A DNA stretch of 42,492 bases from a virus (Duplodnaviria; Heunggongvirae; Uroviricota; Caudoviricetes). The DNA is taken from positions 1 to 42,492 of the IMG/VR virus record IMGVR_UViG_2645727821_000010. The stretch is one strand, 5' to 3'. Every line of letters begins with the position of its first letter. The first letter of the stretch is position 1. Under the pieces are notes generated by a model. It was not told where the DNA came from. It saw only the letters and a program-made list of their open reading frames with translations, and did not search any database. Of the stretch, positions 8,328 to 17,979 are shown one piece after another. The position numbers were made by a program, and so were the translations under genes.

Positions 8328-8362
8328 GCTGCAAAGTGCTGGTGCTTTATGCCTGTGAAGTT

Positions 8363-8392
8363 TATAATTGTGTACACATAACGAGTACACGA
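8363..8392 (+). promoter_or_regulatory. phd-doc promoter/operator: TATAAT (8363-8368) followed by palindromic GTGTACAC (8370-8377) and GAGTACAC (8383-8390)
   Basis: -10 hexamer and palindromic sites read directly; Phd/Doc autoregulate through palindromic operator sites. Confidence 0.6.
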
Positions 8393-8399
8393 GGTGTTT

Positions 8400-8621
8400 A
8401 TGCAATCCATTAACTTCCGTACCGCGCGTGGCAACCTTTCTGAAGTGCTCAACAATGTTGAAGCCGGGGAAGAGGTTGAAATCACCCGCAGAGGCCGTGA
8501 GCCAGCAGTAATTGTCAGCAAGGCTACTTTCGAAGCCTACAAAAAAGCGGCGCTGGATGCTGAATTTGCATCCCTGTTTGACACCCTGGACTCCACCAAC
8601 AAGGAACTGGTTAACCGATAA
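8400..8621 (+). CDS. phd: Phd antitoxin (prevent host death), 73 aa
   Basis: Translation [49 protein letters not shown]... recognised as P1 Phd; internal start of ORF 8394..8621. Confidence 0.95.
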
Positions 8622-9001
8622 TGAGGCATATATCACCGGAAGAACTTATTGCGCTTCATGATGCGAATATAAGCCGCTACGGCGGCCTGCCGGGAATGTC
8701 AGATCCGGGTAGGGCAGAGGCCATTATCGGGAGAGTTCAGGCCAGAGTTGCCTACGAAGAGATCACCGACCTTTTCGAAGTCTCCGCCACCTACCTGGTG
8801 GCTACAGCGAGAGGGCATATATTCAATGATGCCAATAAGCGTACCGCGCTAAACAGTGCGCTGCTATTTCTACGCCGTAACGGGGTGCAGGTATTTGATT
8901 CACCTGAACTGGCAGACCTTACTGTAGGCGCTGCGACTGGCGAGATATCTGTATCTTCTGTCGCCGACACGTTACGTAGATTGTATGGTTCTGCGGAGTA
9001 G
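8621..9001 (+). CDS. doc: Doc toxin (death on curing), Fic-fold kinase, 126 aa
   Basis: Translation recognised as P1 Doc; TAATG overlap with phd. Confidence 0.95.
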
Positions 9002-9005
9002 ATTA

Positions 9006-9185
9006 ATGGCACGCAAATACAACAAATTGTCCCGTGAAGCGTTAAAGATGCTTCTTGATGGCGTGAGTCGCCGCAAGGTAAAGCAATACCTGGTTGGTAA
9101 GCAAATTGGAGTCAGGACCGCTATTGCTGTGTTATGCCGTCAGGAAATGGTTGTGCTTAAACAGAGAATGCCGGGCAGCAGATAA
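9006..9185 (+). CDS. small hypothetical protein, 59 aa
   Basis: ATG at 9006 within ORF 8985..9185; basic, possibly helix-turn-helix. Confidence 0.4.
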   Translation: MARKYNKLSREALKMLLDGVSRRKVKQYLVGKQIGVRTAIAVLCRQEMVVLKQRMPGSR

Positions 9186-9212
9186 AGCCCAATCAGTGAT
9201 TAAAGGTGTGAT

Positions 9213-10256
9213 GTGAAAGCCGTAATTACTCCCTTTGTACAGAAAGAGCTTGGCCTCGCCACGTTCAAAGTGGATCAGGAGGTCAGAAAGCTGGTGGAGG
9301 CTGGCCGTAAATTTATCATGGAGCCGGTGCCGCGTGAGTTAATCGAGCACATGGAAGACGGCCTCGTTGTTACCGAGCAAACCATGGCAACAAATGAGGC
9401 GTTGCAGCCGTTTTTTAACAGCGATGAACTGTTTCGCCGTATTGGTGGAATTGACGCGCTGGTGGCGTGGTTGCGTAGGAAAGAGGGTCAATGCCAGGCC
9501 GCAGATCGTAGTTGGTGTGACAACCATATTGTCCACGCTGAACGAGACAATAGCGCGGTGTTGTTGTGCTGGCATCACGATAACCATTACCGGATGCGTG
9601 GTTTTAATGAGCTGAAAGAAACGCTGCACAATAATCGCGTTAACTGGATACTGGATGTCGCCCGTCAGGAAATGGGCCTTTCAAATAGCCATGATTTAAG
9701 TATTCAGGAGCTGTGCTGGTGGGCTTTCATGCGCAACATGATGCACCTGATGCCGGAAGAAGTCTGCCGCATATCAATAAATAAGATGAAGGCTACTCCG
9801 CAGGATAGCGGACCTCTGAAAGAGGCGGATATTCGCCCGTATGACGATCGCGCTACAGCATATGTTCAGATGATGGAAGAACGCGCCGCGCCGATGCGTG
9901 CAAAAGTATGCCCTGTGGATGTTGACTCCGACCCAGGTATGGCGCATTTCAAAATACCAAAACTTCAATCGCTAAAATTGCCCGAGTACATGGACTTTGT
10001 GGCTTCCCGTCCATGCTGTGGCTGTGGAGCTGCGGGAGCTGGCGCTCACATTACGCCTTATATCGTTCGTCATAGTCGATTATGCGCGCATGACATTTAT
10101 GCTATTCCTCTGTGCCAGTCATGCCAGCGTGATATTGAGCGTGACCGCGATAATTGGGAGAAGACGCACGGTAGGCTGGCGATGCATCAACGATTGTTCT
10201 TTGATTACGCGCTTGGAGTCGGCGCTATCACAAGTCACTCGTCGAGCGTTAGATAA
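9213..10256 (+). CDS. hypothetical protein, 347 aa, Cys/His-rich C-terminal region
   Basis: ORF track; GTG start with AAAGGTG upstream; occupies the position of P1 pdcB by synteny, identity not verified. Confidence 0.65.
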   Translation: MKAVITPFVQKELGLATFKVDQEVRKLVEAGRKFIMEPVPRELIEHMEDGLVVTEQTMATNEALQPFFNSDELFRRIGGIDALVAWLRRKEGQCQAADRSWCDNHIVHAERDNSAVLLCWHHDNHYRMRGFNELKETLHNNRVNWILDVARQEMGLSNSHDLSIQELCWWAFMRNMMHLMPEEVCRISINKMKATPQDSGPLKEADIRPYDDRATAYVQMMEERAAPMRAKVCPVDVDSDPGMAHFKIPKLQSLKLPEYMDFVASRPCCGCGAAGAGAHITPYIVRHSRLCAHDIYAIPLCQSCQRDIERDRDNWEKTHGRLAMHQRLFFDYALGVGAITSHSSSVR

Positions 10257-10257
10257 A

Positions 10258-10274
10258 ATTGCTCTAATGTATTG
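10258..10274 (+). promoter_or_regulatory. C1 repressor operator-like site ATTGCTCTAATGTATTG upstream of lpa
   Basis: Matches the ATTGCTCTAAT core of the asymmetric 17-bp P1 C1 operator. Confidence 0.6.
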
Positions 10275-10344
10275 CTATTTCTTTAATCGAGGGTATTATA
10301 TTCCACGTTGATTAGTTGACATGGGCTAATCAGTAGGTGACAGG

Positions 10345-10797
10345 ATGTTACTTAACTGGCAGGGACGCCACTTCATGGAAATAAATCACTCACGAATAAC
10401 ATCGTACGAGATTGCGGATTACATGATCCGCACTAAATCTCTTCTATCAGCGAAAGAACTCGCAGCAATTCTTGAAAAGGAATACCCGCATCTGGATGTC
10501 GATAAGCGCGATGTTTATCTGCGCTTAAAGGCTATCGCTGTGTCTAAGTATTCGTCTGTTTTGATTGATGACAGTACACGCCCACGTAGATTTCAGATCC
10601 ACTCTCTGAATCCTGAATTCTTTCGCCGTAGCCGCGCTCCGCGCCGGTTTGATGAAAAACTCCAGAACGAACTCTATATGACGCAGGACGAAAAGGAACG
10701 CCGGGAGCACCAGCCTTGGGTAATGGCGCGTCAACTTTTCAATAAGGTGGCCCGTCAGCACCGTCATTACGGTAATGCCACATCCGCACGTATCTGA
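10345..10797 (+). CDS. lpa: Lpa-like late promoter activator, 150 aa
   Basis: Position immediately upstream of pacA and downstream of a C1 operator, as in P1; AGGTGA ribosome-binding site; protein identity not independently recognised. Confidence 0.6.
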   Translation: MLLNWQGRHFMEINHSRITSYEIADYMIRTKSLLSAKELAAILEKEYPHLDVDKRDVYLRLKAIAVSKYSSVLIDDSTRPRRFQIHSLNPEFFRRSRAPRRFDEKLQNELYMTQDEKERREHQPWVMARQLFNKVARQHRHYGNATSARI

Positions 10798-10823
10798 TTG
10801 ATTGCTTGCCCGTTCCGGGCCTT

Positions 10824-10836
10824 TTGACATGTGACT
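10824..10836 (+). promoter_or_regulatory. late-promoter-like motif TTGACATGTGACT upstream of pacA
   Basis: One of four instances of an ACA(A/T)GTGA(C)T element upstream of late genes (pacA, mat, prt, lyz). Confidence 0.4.
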
Positions 10837-10882
10837 TTCGTTACCCTCGCGTCAAAAAGAGTTTTTACGAAAGGAAGCATAA

Positions 10883-12076
10883 GTGACCTGGGACGATCAC
10901 AAGAAGAATTTTGCTCGCCTGGCGCGAGATGGTGGTTACACCATCGCACAGTATGCCGCCGAGTTTAATCTTAACCCTAATACTGCACGTCGTTATCTCC
11001 GTGCCTTCAAAGAAGACACCAGGACAGCGGACAGCCGCAAGCCAAATAAGCCAGTCAGGAAGCCACTAAAAAGCATGATCATTGATCACTCTAATGATCA
11101 ACATGCAGGTGATCACATTGCGGCTGAAATAGCGGAAAAACAAAGGGTTAATGCCGTTGTCAGTGCCGCAGTCGAGAATGCGAAGCGCCAAAATAAGCGC
11201 ATAAATGATCGTTCTGATGATCATGACGTGATCACCCGCGCCCACCGGACCTTACGTGATCGCCTGGAACGCGACACCCTGGATGATGATGGTGAACGCT
11301 TTGAATTCGAAGCTGGCGATTACCTGATAGATAACGTTGAAGCGCGGAAGGCCGCGCGCGCTATGTTGCGTCGGTCCGGGGCCGATGTTCTGGAAACCAC
11401 TCTTCTGGAAAAGTCTCTTTCTCATCTCCTTATGCTGGAGAACGCCAGGGATACGTGTATTCGTCTGGTGCAGGAAATGCGCGATCAGCAAAAAGACGAT
11501 GATGAAGGGACTCCGCCTGAATATCGTATCGCGAGCATGCTAAACAGCTGTTCCGCGCAGATAAGCAGCCTGATCAACACCATTTACAGCATCCGGAATA
11601 ACTATCGAAAAGAAAGCCGGGAGGCGGAAAAGCACGCTTTATCTATGGGGCAAGCTGGCATTGTTAAGCTGGCATACGAACGAAAGCGTGAAAATAACTG
11701 GTCAGTGCTGGAAGCAGCTGAATTCATCGAGGCGCATGGCGGAAAAGTGCCGCCCCTGATGCTGGAGCAAATCAAAGCCGATCTGCGTGCTCCTAAGACC
11801 AATACCGATGATGAGGAAAGGCAAACAGCCGTCGGTGGCCCTTCTCTTGAAGATCTGGACAAAGTTGCGCGAGAACGGGCCGCCAACCGCCGCGCCGATG
11901 CCGCATTGTGGATTGAGCAGCGTAGGGAAGAAATCGCCGATATCGTTGATACAGGCGGTTATGGAGATGTTGATACTGAAGGTGTATCAAACGACCCATG
12001 GCTGGAACAAGACCTGGACGAAGACGAGGAGGAAGACGAAGAAGTTACCCGCAAGCTATACGGGGATGATGATTAA
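10883..12076 (+). CDS. pacA: PacA, terminase small subunit, 397 aa
   Basis: Translation recognised as P1 PacA; GTG start with AAAGGAAG upstream; contains the pac site. Confidence 0.9.
   Translation: MTWDDHKKNFARLARDGGYTIAQYAAEFNLNPNTARRYLRAFKEDTRTADSRKPNKPVRKPLKSMIIDHSNDQHAGDHIAAEIAEKQRVNAVVSAAVENAKRQNKRINDRSDDHDVITRAHRTLRDRLERDTLDDDGERFEFEAGDYLIDNVEARKAARAMLRRSGADVLETTLLEKSLSHLLMLENARDTCIRLVQEMRDQQKDDDEGTPPEYRIASMLNSCSAQISSLINTIYSIRNNYRKESREAEKHALSMGQAGIVKLAYERKRENNWSVLEAAEFIEAHGGKVPPLMLEQIKADLRAPKTNTDDEERQTAVGGPSLEDLDKVARERAANRRADAALWIEQRREEIADIVDTGGYGDVDTEGVSNDPWLEQDLDEDEEEDEEVTRKLYGDDD
11076..11234. other. pac packaging site: two clusters of TGATCA/TGATCG hexamers (each carrying a Dam GATC)
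   Basis: TGATCA at 11076, 11083, 11095, 11110; TGATCG at 11206; TGATCA at 11218, 11229; the 4 + 3 hexamer arrangement inside pacA is the known P1 pac architecture. Confidence 0.8.
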
Positions 12077-13560
12077 TGGCCAGAAGTTGCGTAACGGATC
12101 CACGTTGGCGCGAGCTGGTGGCGCTATATCGTTATGACTGGATTGCTGCCGCTGATGTTTTGTTCGGCAAAACACCTACCTGGCAGCAGGATCTGATTAT
12201 TGAGTCTGTGCAGGAACAGGGTAGCAAGACATCTGTTTCGTCTGGTCACGGTACCGGGAAATCAGACATGACTTCTATCATGATCATGTTGTTCATAATC
12301 ATGTATCCCGGTGCCCGCGCCATTATCGTTGCGAACAAAATTCAGCAGGTAATGACCGGTATATTCAAGTACATCAAGATAAACTGGGCTACTGCCACCA
12401 GCCGTTTTCCATGGCTTGCTGATTATTTTGTTCTGACAGAAACCGCTTTCTATGAGGTTACTGGTAAAGGTGTATGGACTGTAGTACCGAAGGGCTTTCG
12501 TCTGGGAAGTGAAGAAGCTCTCGCCGGTGAACACGCAGATCATCTTCTGTATATTATCGATGAAGCCTCCGGTGTCAGTGATAGAGCTTTCGGTATCATC
12601 ACCGGTGCTCTTACCGGACAGGATAACCGCATCTTATTACTGTCACAGCCTACACGCCCAAGCGGCTATTTCTACGATACTCACCATAAACTGGCCAAGC
12701 GTCCTGGTAACCCTGATGGCGTTTATACGGCGATCACGCTTAACAGTGAGGAATCACCGCTGGTAACGCCAGCATTTATCAAAATGAAGCTGGCGGAGTA
12801 CGGCGGGCGTGATAACCCTATGTACATGATTAAGGTACGCGGACTATTCCCTAAATCACAGGATGGCTTCCTTCTTGGACGTGATGAGGTTGAACGTGCG
12901 ACGCGGCGGAAAGTCAAGATTGCCAAAGGATGGGGCTGGCTTGCATGTGTGGACGTTGCTGGTGGTACGGGACGGGATAAGTCCGTTATCAATATCATGA
13001 TGGTGTCCGGCCAGAGAAATAAACGCCGTGTAATCAACTATCGAATGCTGGAATACACAGACGTTACAGAAACGCAGCTTGCCGCCAAAATTTTCGCAGA
13101 ATGTAATCCTGAGCGATTCCCAAATATCACCATAGCGATAGACGGCGATGGGCTGGGTAAAGCAACGGCGGATCTGATGTACGAGTATTATGGTATTACC
13201 GTACAGCGTATACGCTGGGGTAAAAAGATGCATAGCCGTGAAGATAAGAGCCTGTACTTTGATAAACGTGCTTATGCCAACGTTCAAGCCGCAGAGGCCG
13301 TAAAATCTGGTCGTATGAGACTGGATAAGGGTAATGAAACTATTGAGGAAGCGTCGAAAATCCCTGTAGGGATTAACTCCGCAGGTCAATGGAAGGTGAT
13401 GAGTAAGGAGGATATGAAGAAAAAACTCAACCTGCACTCACCAGACCATTGGGATACATATTGTTTCGCTATGCTGGCGGATTATGTTCCCCAGGATGAA
13501 GTGCTTAGCGTCGAAGACGAAGCGCAGGTTGATGAAGCTCTGGCATGGCTTAATGAATAA
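12076..13560 (+). CDS. pacB: PacB, terminase large subunit, 494 aa
   Basis: Size and position after pacA; TAATG overlap with pacA. Confidence 0.9.
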   Translation: MARSCVTDPRWRELVALYRYDWIAAADVLFGKTPTWQQDLIIESVQEQGSKTSVSSGHGTGKSDMTSIMIMLFIIMYPGARAIIVANKIQQVMTGIFKYIKINWATATSRFPWLADYFVLTETAFYEVTGKGVWTVVPKGFRLGSEEALAGEHADHLLYIIDEASGVSDRAFGIITGALTGQDNRILLLSQPTRPSGYFYDTHHKLAKRPGNPDGVYTAITLNSEESPLVTPAFIKMKLAEYGGRDNPMYMIKVRGLFPKSQDGFLLGRDEVERATRRKVKIAKGWGWLACVDVAGGTGRDKSVINIMMVSGQRNKRRVINYRMLEYTDVTETQLAAKIFAECNPERFPNITIAIDGDGLGKATADLMYEYYGITVQRIRWGKKMHSREDKSLYFDKRAYANVQAAEAVKSGRMRLDKGNETIEEASKIPVGINSAGQWKVMSKEDMKKKLNLHSPDHWDTYCFAMLADYVPQDEVLSVEDEAQVDEALAWLNE

Positions 13561-13584
13561 CTCATTGACCATGCCGGATGGAAA

Positions 13585-14436
13585 CTATTGCGCGCTTTCG
13601 GGGTTGTCGTTTACTGGCTGCCCTTTCTTAGTTTTACGGCTGCGCGTAACTGATGCGGCTGATTTGACCTTTTTCTCTTCGCGAGTGATGGCAATTTGTT
13701 TTTTTACATTTTCAATATCTGCCAGGCGATATATTTTTGCCTGCGGCCAGCGGTCGCAGATGATCGGTTCTATAGAGTCATAAAGGCTAAATTTTGCTTT
13801 CTCGAATTCACCGTTGATGATAATTCCATCACGGAGAGTTTCATCGCAGATAAACACACCACATAGCGGCACATGGTAACTAACTGATTTACCATCATTG
13901 TAGTTAGGGCTACTAGAAATGTAATGGACGCGCAGCATTGTTTCGCTAAAGCCGTGTACGCGCATACGGAATTTTTCATCCTCCGGGTACTGCTTCATTA
14001 GCTCTTTTGTTGCTTCCAGGTTCTCTATGTATTTCGCACTGTGCTCATTGATCCCTGCGCTTTTCTGGATGCGAATGTCCTTATCAATCAGATGAATAAT
14101 GCGGCCAGCGGTCATGTTGACGCTGTTCACAGCTTCTGTCTGATAAGTCGTAACCTTACGCACACCGCGAAGGATGTTAGGTACTGGATATAAAATAGTC
14201 TTTGGGATATTGAGGTCTGGGTACTGTTCCAGTTCCCGCGCCATTAAAGTCCATTTATCAATTTCAGCCTGAATGCTGTCAGTTTCTTTGAACGGCAGAA
14301 CGACAACCGGGCGTACAGGACGACCGTCGCTGGCGGCATCAACGTGTTGGGCGCGTGCAACAGCTTTTTTTAGAAAGAGATCCCTGAAGCTGACGAACTC
14401 CTGGTACAGTTGTTCGCCGTAGACATAATTTATCAT
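13585..14436 (-). CDS. c1: C1 repressor of lysis, 283 aa
   Basis: Translation recognised as P1 C1; GGAGGAGG ribosome-binding site; operator sites distributed through the window. Confidence 0.9.
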   Translation of the reverse strand: MINYVYGEQLYQEFVSFRDLFLKKAVARAQHVDAASDGRPVRPVVVLPFKETDSIQAEIDKWTLMARELEQYPDLNIPKTILYPVPNILRGVRKVTTYQTEAVNSVNMTAGRIIHLIDKDIRIQKSAGINEHSAKYIENLEATKELMKQYPEDEKFRMRVHGFSETMLRVHYISSSPNYNDGKSVSYHVPLCGVFICDETLRDGIIINGEFEKAKFSLYDSIEPIICDRWPQAKIYRLADIENVKKQIAITREEKKVKSAASVTRSRKTKKGQPVNDNPESAQ

Positions 14437-14530
14437 TGATCCTCCTCCAGAATTGACATGGCCAACAACTCACAGCGGATTACACTGGGAGTTGTTGGCC
14501 ACCATTATAGAAGGATCCAACGAAAATAAT

Positions 14531-14547
14531 AGATTTATTAGTGCATT
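14531..14547 (-). promoter_or_regulatory. degenerate C1 operator-like site (AATGCACTAATAAATCT on the minus strand)
   Basis: 14 of 17 positions match ATTGCTCTAATAAATTT; lies between coi and c1. Confidence 0.35.
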
Positions 14548-14756
14548 TATTGTGAGTCTGGCTGGTTAGTGGCCATGAGATATTCGATTGTGTCAGTGAG
14601 ATCATCCAGGTCGTCTTGGGTGATGCGGTACTCCTGATTGGATATCTTTGAGTAGTGTTCAGCAATGGCGCGGGCAGCGTCGGTTTCGGCGGGGTCTACA
14701 GATAAAGCGTTAGAGCAATGTCTAACGTCGTCGATGGTTGGTGGAATGAAAGCCAT
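14547..14756 (-). CDS. coi: Coi, C1 inactivator, 69 aa
   Basis: Size and position upstream of c1, as in P1. Confidence 0.85.
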   Translation of the reverse strand: MAFIPPTIDDVRHCSNALSVDPAETDAARAIAEHYSKISNQEYRITQDDLDDLTDTIEYLMATNQPDSQ

Positions 14757-14994
14757 AATTATGCCTCACTGTATTGACAACACAGAGCCTGAAGCTCTGA
14801 CCTACTGTTTCACCCATGATCCATGCTGGGGTAATCTAACAACATTGCGCTGTGTGTAAGATGAGCAATGCATAGCTGTAATGCCGTTGTATAAGGTTTC
14901 CCTGTTTGCTCATTTCCTTCTGAGCCGCTCTACAACGCTGAAGACACATTAAATAGTGAATCCAAAGTCGTATTACGAAACGGCGGCAAAACTA

Positions 14995-15011
14995 TAATTT
15001 ATTAGAGCAAT
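14995..15011 (-). promoter_or_regulatory. C1 operator ATTGCTCTAATAAATTA (Op99-type, upstream of the coi-c1 operon)
   Basis: 16 of 17 positions match the C1 operator consensus. Confidence 0.8.
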
Positions 15012-15077
15012 TGTCAAACAACTATGAAAAACAATCCAGTTTTTGGCTGGTGGAGTGGGATTTTTCTCTCAAAATTT

Positions 15078-15094
15078 ATTGCTCTAATAATTCT
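15078..15094 (+). promoter_or_regulatory. C1 operator ATTGCTCTAATAATTCT
   Basis: Consensus core ATTGCTCTAAT; opposite orientation to the site at 14995-15011. Confidence 0.7.
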
Positions 15095-15137
15095 TGATTT
15101 TTATGCGCAGCTGGACGTAAACTCCTCTTCAGACCTA

Positions 15138-15171
15138 ATAACTTCGTATAGCATACATTATACGAAGTTAT
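15138..15171 (+). other. loxP site ATAACTTCGTATA-GCATACAT-TATACGAAGTTAT
   Basis: Exact match to canonical loxP: 13-bp inverted repeats flanking the 8-bp asymmetric spacer. Confidence 0.98.
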
Positions 15172-15243
15172 CTTAAGGGTTATTGAATATGATCAATTTA
15201 CCTGTAAATCCATACAGTTCAATACCTTATCAGGTCAAATAGT

Positions 15244-15263
15244 GATCACTTGATCATTTGATC
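15244..15263. promoter_or_regulatory. cluster of three Dam GATC sites (two within TGATCA) in the cre upstream region
   Basis: GATC at 15244, 15252 and 15260, plus one at 15191; P1 cre promoters are known to be Dam-regulated. Confidence 0.55.
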
Positions 15264-15360
15264 AAGGTTGCGCTACGTAAAATCTGCGAAATGTTGGCAG
15301 TGTTAGTGCTCCAGATTTCGCGTAGCGCACTTAGCACCACCAATCAATCAGAGGTGAAAA

Positions 15361-15582
15361 ATGGGATATTCAGCTGCTAAAGTGTCCACTCATATTGAGC
15401 TTGAGAAAAACCGTGGTTACTGGCGGGCAAAAGGGTTTGATCGTGATAGTTGTCAACTGTCATTATCGCGCGGTGAAGAGAAAATAGAACGCACGCGCGG
15501 TCGCTGGCGTTTCTATGACGAGAACCATAAACAGGTAAAGGCAGAGCCGATCCTGTACACTTTACTTAAAACCATTATCTGA
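15361..15582 (+). CDS. small hypothetical protein, 73 aa, between loxP and cre
   Basis: ORF track; GAGGTG 5 nt upstream of the ATG. Confidence 0.35.
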   Translation: MGYSAAKVSTHIELEKNRGYWRAKGFDRDSCQLSLSRGEEKIERTRGRWRFYDENHKQVKAEPILYTLLKTII

Positions 15583-15589
15583 GTGTTAA

Positions 15590-16621
15590 ATGTCCAATTT
15601 ACTGACCGTACATCAAAATTTGCCTGCATTACCGGTCGATGCAACGAGTGATGAGGTTCGCAAGAACCTGATGGACATGTTCAGGGATCGCCAGGCGTTT
15701 TCTGAGCATACCTGGAAAATGCTTCTGTCCGTTTGCCGGTCATGGGCGGCATGGTGCAAGTTGAATAACCGGAAATGGTTTCCCGCAGAACCTGAAGATG
15801 TTCGCGATTATCTTCTATATCTTCAGGCGCGCGGTCTGGCAGTGAAAACTATCCAGCAACATTTGGGCCAGCTAAATATGCTTCATCGTCGGTCCGGGCT
15901 GCCACGACCAAGTGACAGCAATGCTGTTTCACTGGTCATGCGACGGATCCGAAAAGAAAACGTTGATGCCGGTGAGCGTGCAAAACAGGCGCTGGCGTTC
16001 GAACGCACTGATTTCGACCAGGTTCGTTCACTCATGGGAAATAGCGATCGCTGCCAGGATATACGGAATCTGGCATTTCTGGGGATTGCTTATAACACCC
16101 TGTTACGTATAGCCGAAATTGCCAGGATCAGGGTTAAAGATATCTCACGTACTGACGGTGGGAGAATGTTAATCCATATTGGCAGAACGAAAACGCTGGT
16201 TAGCACCGCAGGTGTAGAGAAGGCACTTAGCCTGGGGGTAACTAAACTGGTCGAGCGATGGATTTCCGTCTCTGGTGTGGCTGATGATCCGAATAACTAC
16301 TTGTTTTGCCGGGTCAGAAAAAATGGTGTTGCCTCGCCATCATCCACCAGCCAGCTATCAACTCGCGCCCTGGAAGGGATTTTTGAAGCAACTCACCGAT
16401 TGATTTACGGGGCTAAGGATGACTCTGGTCAGAGGTACCTGGCCTGGTCTGGACACAGTGCCCGTGTCGGAGCCGCGCGAGATATGGCCCGCGCCGGAGT
16501 TTCAATACCGGAGATCATGCAAGCTGGTGGCTGGACCAACGTAAATATTGTCATGAACTATATCCGTAACCTGGATAGTGAAACAGGGGCAATGGTGCGC
16601 CTGCTGGAAGATGGCGATTAG
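15590..16621 (+). CDS. cre: Cre tyrosine site-specific recombinase, 343 aa
   Basis: Translation essentially identical to P1 Cre; catalytic R173, H289, R292, W315 and Y324 are all present; loxP lies 418 bp upstream. Confidence 0.98.
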   Translation: MSNLLTVHQNLPALPVDATSDEVRKNLMDMFRDRQAFSEHTWKMLLSVCRSWAAWCKLNNRKWFPAEPEDVRDYLLYLQARGLAVKTIQQHLGQLNMLHRRSGLPRPSDSNAVSLVMRRIRKENVDAGERAKQALAFERTDFDQVRSLMGNSDRCQDIRNLAFLGIAYNTLLRIAEIARIRVKDISRTDGGRMLIHIGRTKTLVSTAGVEKALSLGVTKLVERWISVSGVADDPNNYLFCRVRKNGVASPSSTSQLSTRALEGIFEATHRLIYGAKDDSGQRYLAWSGHSARVGAARDMARAGVSIPEIMQAGGWTNVNIVMNYIRNLDSETGAMVRLLEDGD

Positions 16622-16638
16622 CCATTAACGCGTAAATG

Positions 16639-16655
16639 ATTGCTCTAATTCTTTG
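16639..16655 (+). promoter_or_regulatory. C1 operator ATTGCTCTAATTCTTTG between cre and the next gene
   Basis: Consensus core ATTGCTCTAAT. Confidence 0.65.
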
Positions 16656-16671
16656 ATATTTATGGTGACAT

Positions 16672-16983
16672 ATGAGAAAGAATTTCAACATCGACGGAAA
16701 ATATGTAGTGCTGTCAGTGAGCACTAATATTCAGTCGCCAGCCGTCATTGTCACTGTAAAGCTGAGCGATAGAATGCCTGATATTGACTCAATATCCGTT
16801 GCGTTCCCTGTCAGAAGTATGCGTAGTGCTGAACATTTCGTGATGAATGCCACCGAGGAAGAAGCACGGCGCGGTTTTGCTAAAGTGATGTCTGAGTTTG
16901 GCGAATTTTTGGGGCACGTTGACAAAGCCCTCTCAATCAGTTCAGCAAGGTCCAAAGCATTAACAGCTTCCATGATGAAATAA
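16672..16983 (+). CDS. cra: hypothetical protein, 103 aa (cre-associated, cra-like by position)
   Basis: ORF track; position downstream of cre, as for P1 cra; protein not independently recognised. Confidence 0.5.
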   Translation: MRKNFNIDGKYVVLSVSTNIQSPAVIVTVKLSDRMPDIDSISVAFPVRSMRSAEHFVMNATEEEARRGFAKVMSEFGEFLGHVDKALSISSARSKALTASMMK

Positions 16984-16987
16984 AAAA

Positions 16988-17008
16988 AGCCTGGCAAGGA
17001 GCCAGGCT
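16988..17008 (-). terminator. hairpin AGCCTGGC-AAGGA-GCCAGGCT with an A-run on the plus strand (U-run on the minus-strand transcript)
   Basis: 8-bp stem; the U-tract is only on the minus-strand side, so it is oriented as a minus-strand intrinsic terminator. Confidence 0.45.
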
Positions 17009-17113
17009 GCACAAAAGAGCGGGTTTGTATTCCGCATCCAATCAATCAAGAAGGAGTATAGCACACAGGTACTGAAGTGAAAAAATGTGATTCGCGATAA
17101 ACAAAATCTCTAC

Positions 17114-17143
17114 CATTGCTCTAATTGATTGCTATAATTGAGC
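17114..17143 (+). promoter_or_regulatory. two overlapping C1 operators (ATTGCTCTAATTGATTG and ATTGCTATAATTGAGCC) with an embedded extended -10 (TGcTATAAT, 17129-17137); Op2-type control of ref
   Basis: Operator cores and -10 hexamer read directly; P1 ref is known to be C1-controlled. Confidence 0.75.
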
Positions 17144-17198
17144 CGCAGTTTTTGTCAACTACGAAGACGTTGCCATTACTTAACTCCTTGACATCATT

Positions 17199-17224
17199 GG
17201 CGGCCATCAGGCCGCCTTTTTTTT
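17199..17224 (+). terminator. hairpin GGCGGCC-ATCA-GGCCGCC followed by T8, in the ref leader
   Basis: 7-bp GC stem plus an 8-nt T-run ending 6 nt before the ref ATG. Confidence 0.6.
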
Positions 17225-17229
17225 GCCAT

Positions 17230-17790
17230 ATGAAAACAATCGAACAAAAAATTGAACAGCACCGTAAGTGGCAGAAGGCAGCCAGAGAACGAGCGATCGC
17301 TCGGCAACGGGAGAAGTTGGCTGATCCGGCCTGGCGAGAATCTCAATATCAGAAAATGCGGAATACTATCGACCGCCGTATCGCTAAACAGAAAGAGCGC
17401 CCACCAGCCAGCAAAACGCGGAAAAGCGCGGTAAAAATAAAATCTCGTGGCTTGAAGGGACGAACACCGACGGCGGAGGAGCGGCGCATAGCCAATGCTC
17501 TTGGCGCTCTCCCCTGCATTGCCTGCTATATGCATGGAGTAATATCTGAAGAGGTGTCTCTGCACCATATCTCCGGTCGTACCGCGCCTGGTTGTCACAA
17601 AAAGCAATTGCCACTTTGTAGATGGCACCACCAGCATGCAGCACCGGCTGAAGTAAGAGAAAAATACCCCTGGCTGGTCCCTGTTCATGCCGATGGTGTG
17701 GTTGGAGGCAAGAAAGAATTCACCTTGCTGAACAAGTCAGAGATGGAGTTGCTGGCTGACGCCTATGAGATGGCAAACAGCATGCACTAA
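17230..17790 (+). CDS. ref: Ref, recombination enhancement function (HNH-family endonuclease), 186 aa
   Basis: Translation MKTIEQKIEQ... recognised as P1 Ref, with Cys/His HNH motifs; internal start of ORF 17125..17790. Confidence 0.85.
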   Translation: MKTIEQKIEQHRKWQKAARERAIARQREKLADPAWRESQYQKMRNTIDRRIAKQKERPPASKTRKSAVKIKSRGLKGRTPTAEERRIANALGALPCIACYMHGVISEEVSLHHISGRTAPGCHKKQLPLCRWHHQHAAPAEVREKYPWLVPVHADGVVGGKKEFTLLNKSEMELLADAYEMANSMH

Positions 17791-17818
17791 TAAATATATT
17801 ATTTTTAATCTGAAATAA

Positions 17819-17838
17819 TTGACAACTGACAAGTGACT
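17819..17838 (+). promoter_or_regulatory. late-promoter-like motif TTGACAACTGACAAGTGACT upstream of mat
   Basis: Shares the ACAAGTGACT core with the sites upstream of prt and lyz. Confidence 0.4.
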
Positions 17839-17979
17839 TCAGTCAGAATCATCACATGCCCGGTACGGATGGATCCCTTTTCAAATATTCCATGGACGGC
17901 ACAGTCTGAGTACCGGGCGCTACCTTCAGTTGTATTGCTAAGCCGCCGCTGGTGGCTTTTCTTTTTTATAAGGGGCGCT

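Noticed and set aside
11076-11234. Clustered TGATCA repeats considered as a tandem-repeat or CRISPR-like array; the same applies to the cluster at 15244-15263.
   Set aside because: The repeats are 6 bp with irregular spacing and lie inside pacA; they match the known pac-site hexamers and Dam-site clusters. No CRISPR repeat-spacer structure exists anywhere in the window.
16731-17045. Minus-strand ORF of 104 aa overlapping the 3' end of the cra-like gene.
   Set aside because: It runs antisense through the plus-strand ORF and a terminator hairpin, with no ribosome-binding site.
17125-17229. N-terminal extension of ref from the TTG at 17125.
   Set aside because: The extension would run through the operator and the terminator hairpin, and Ref as I know it begins MKTIEQ at 17230.
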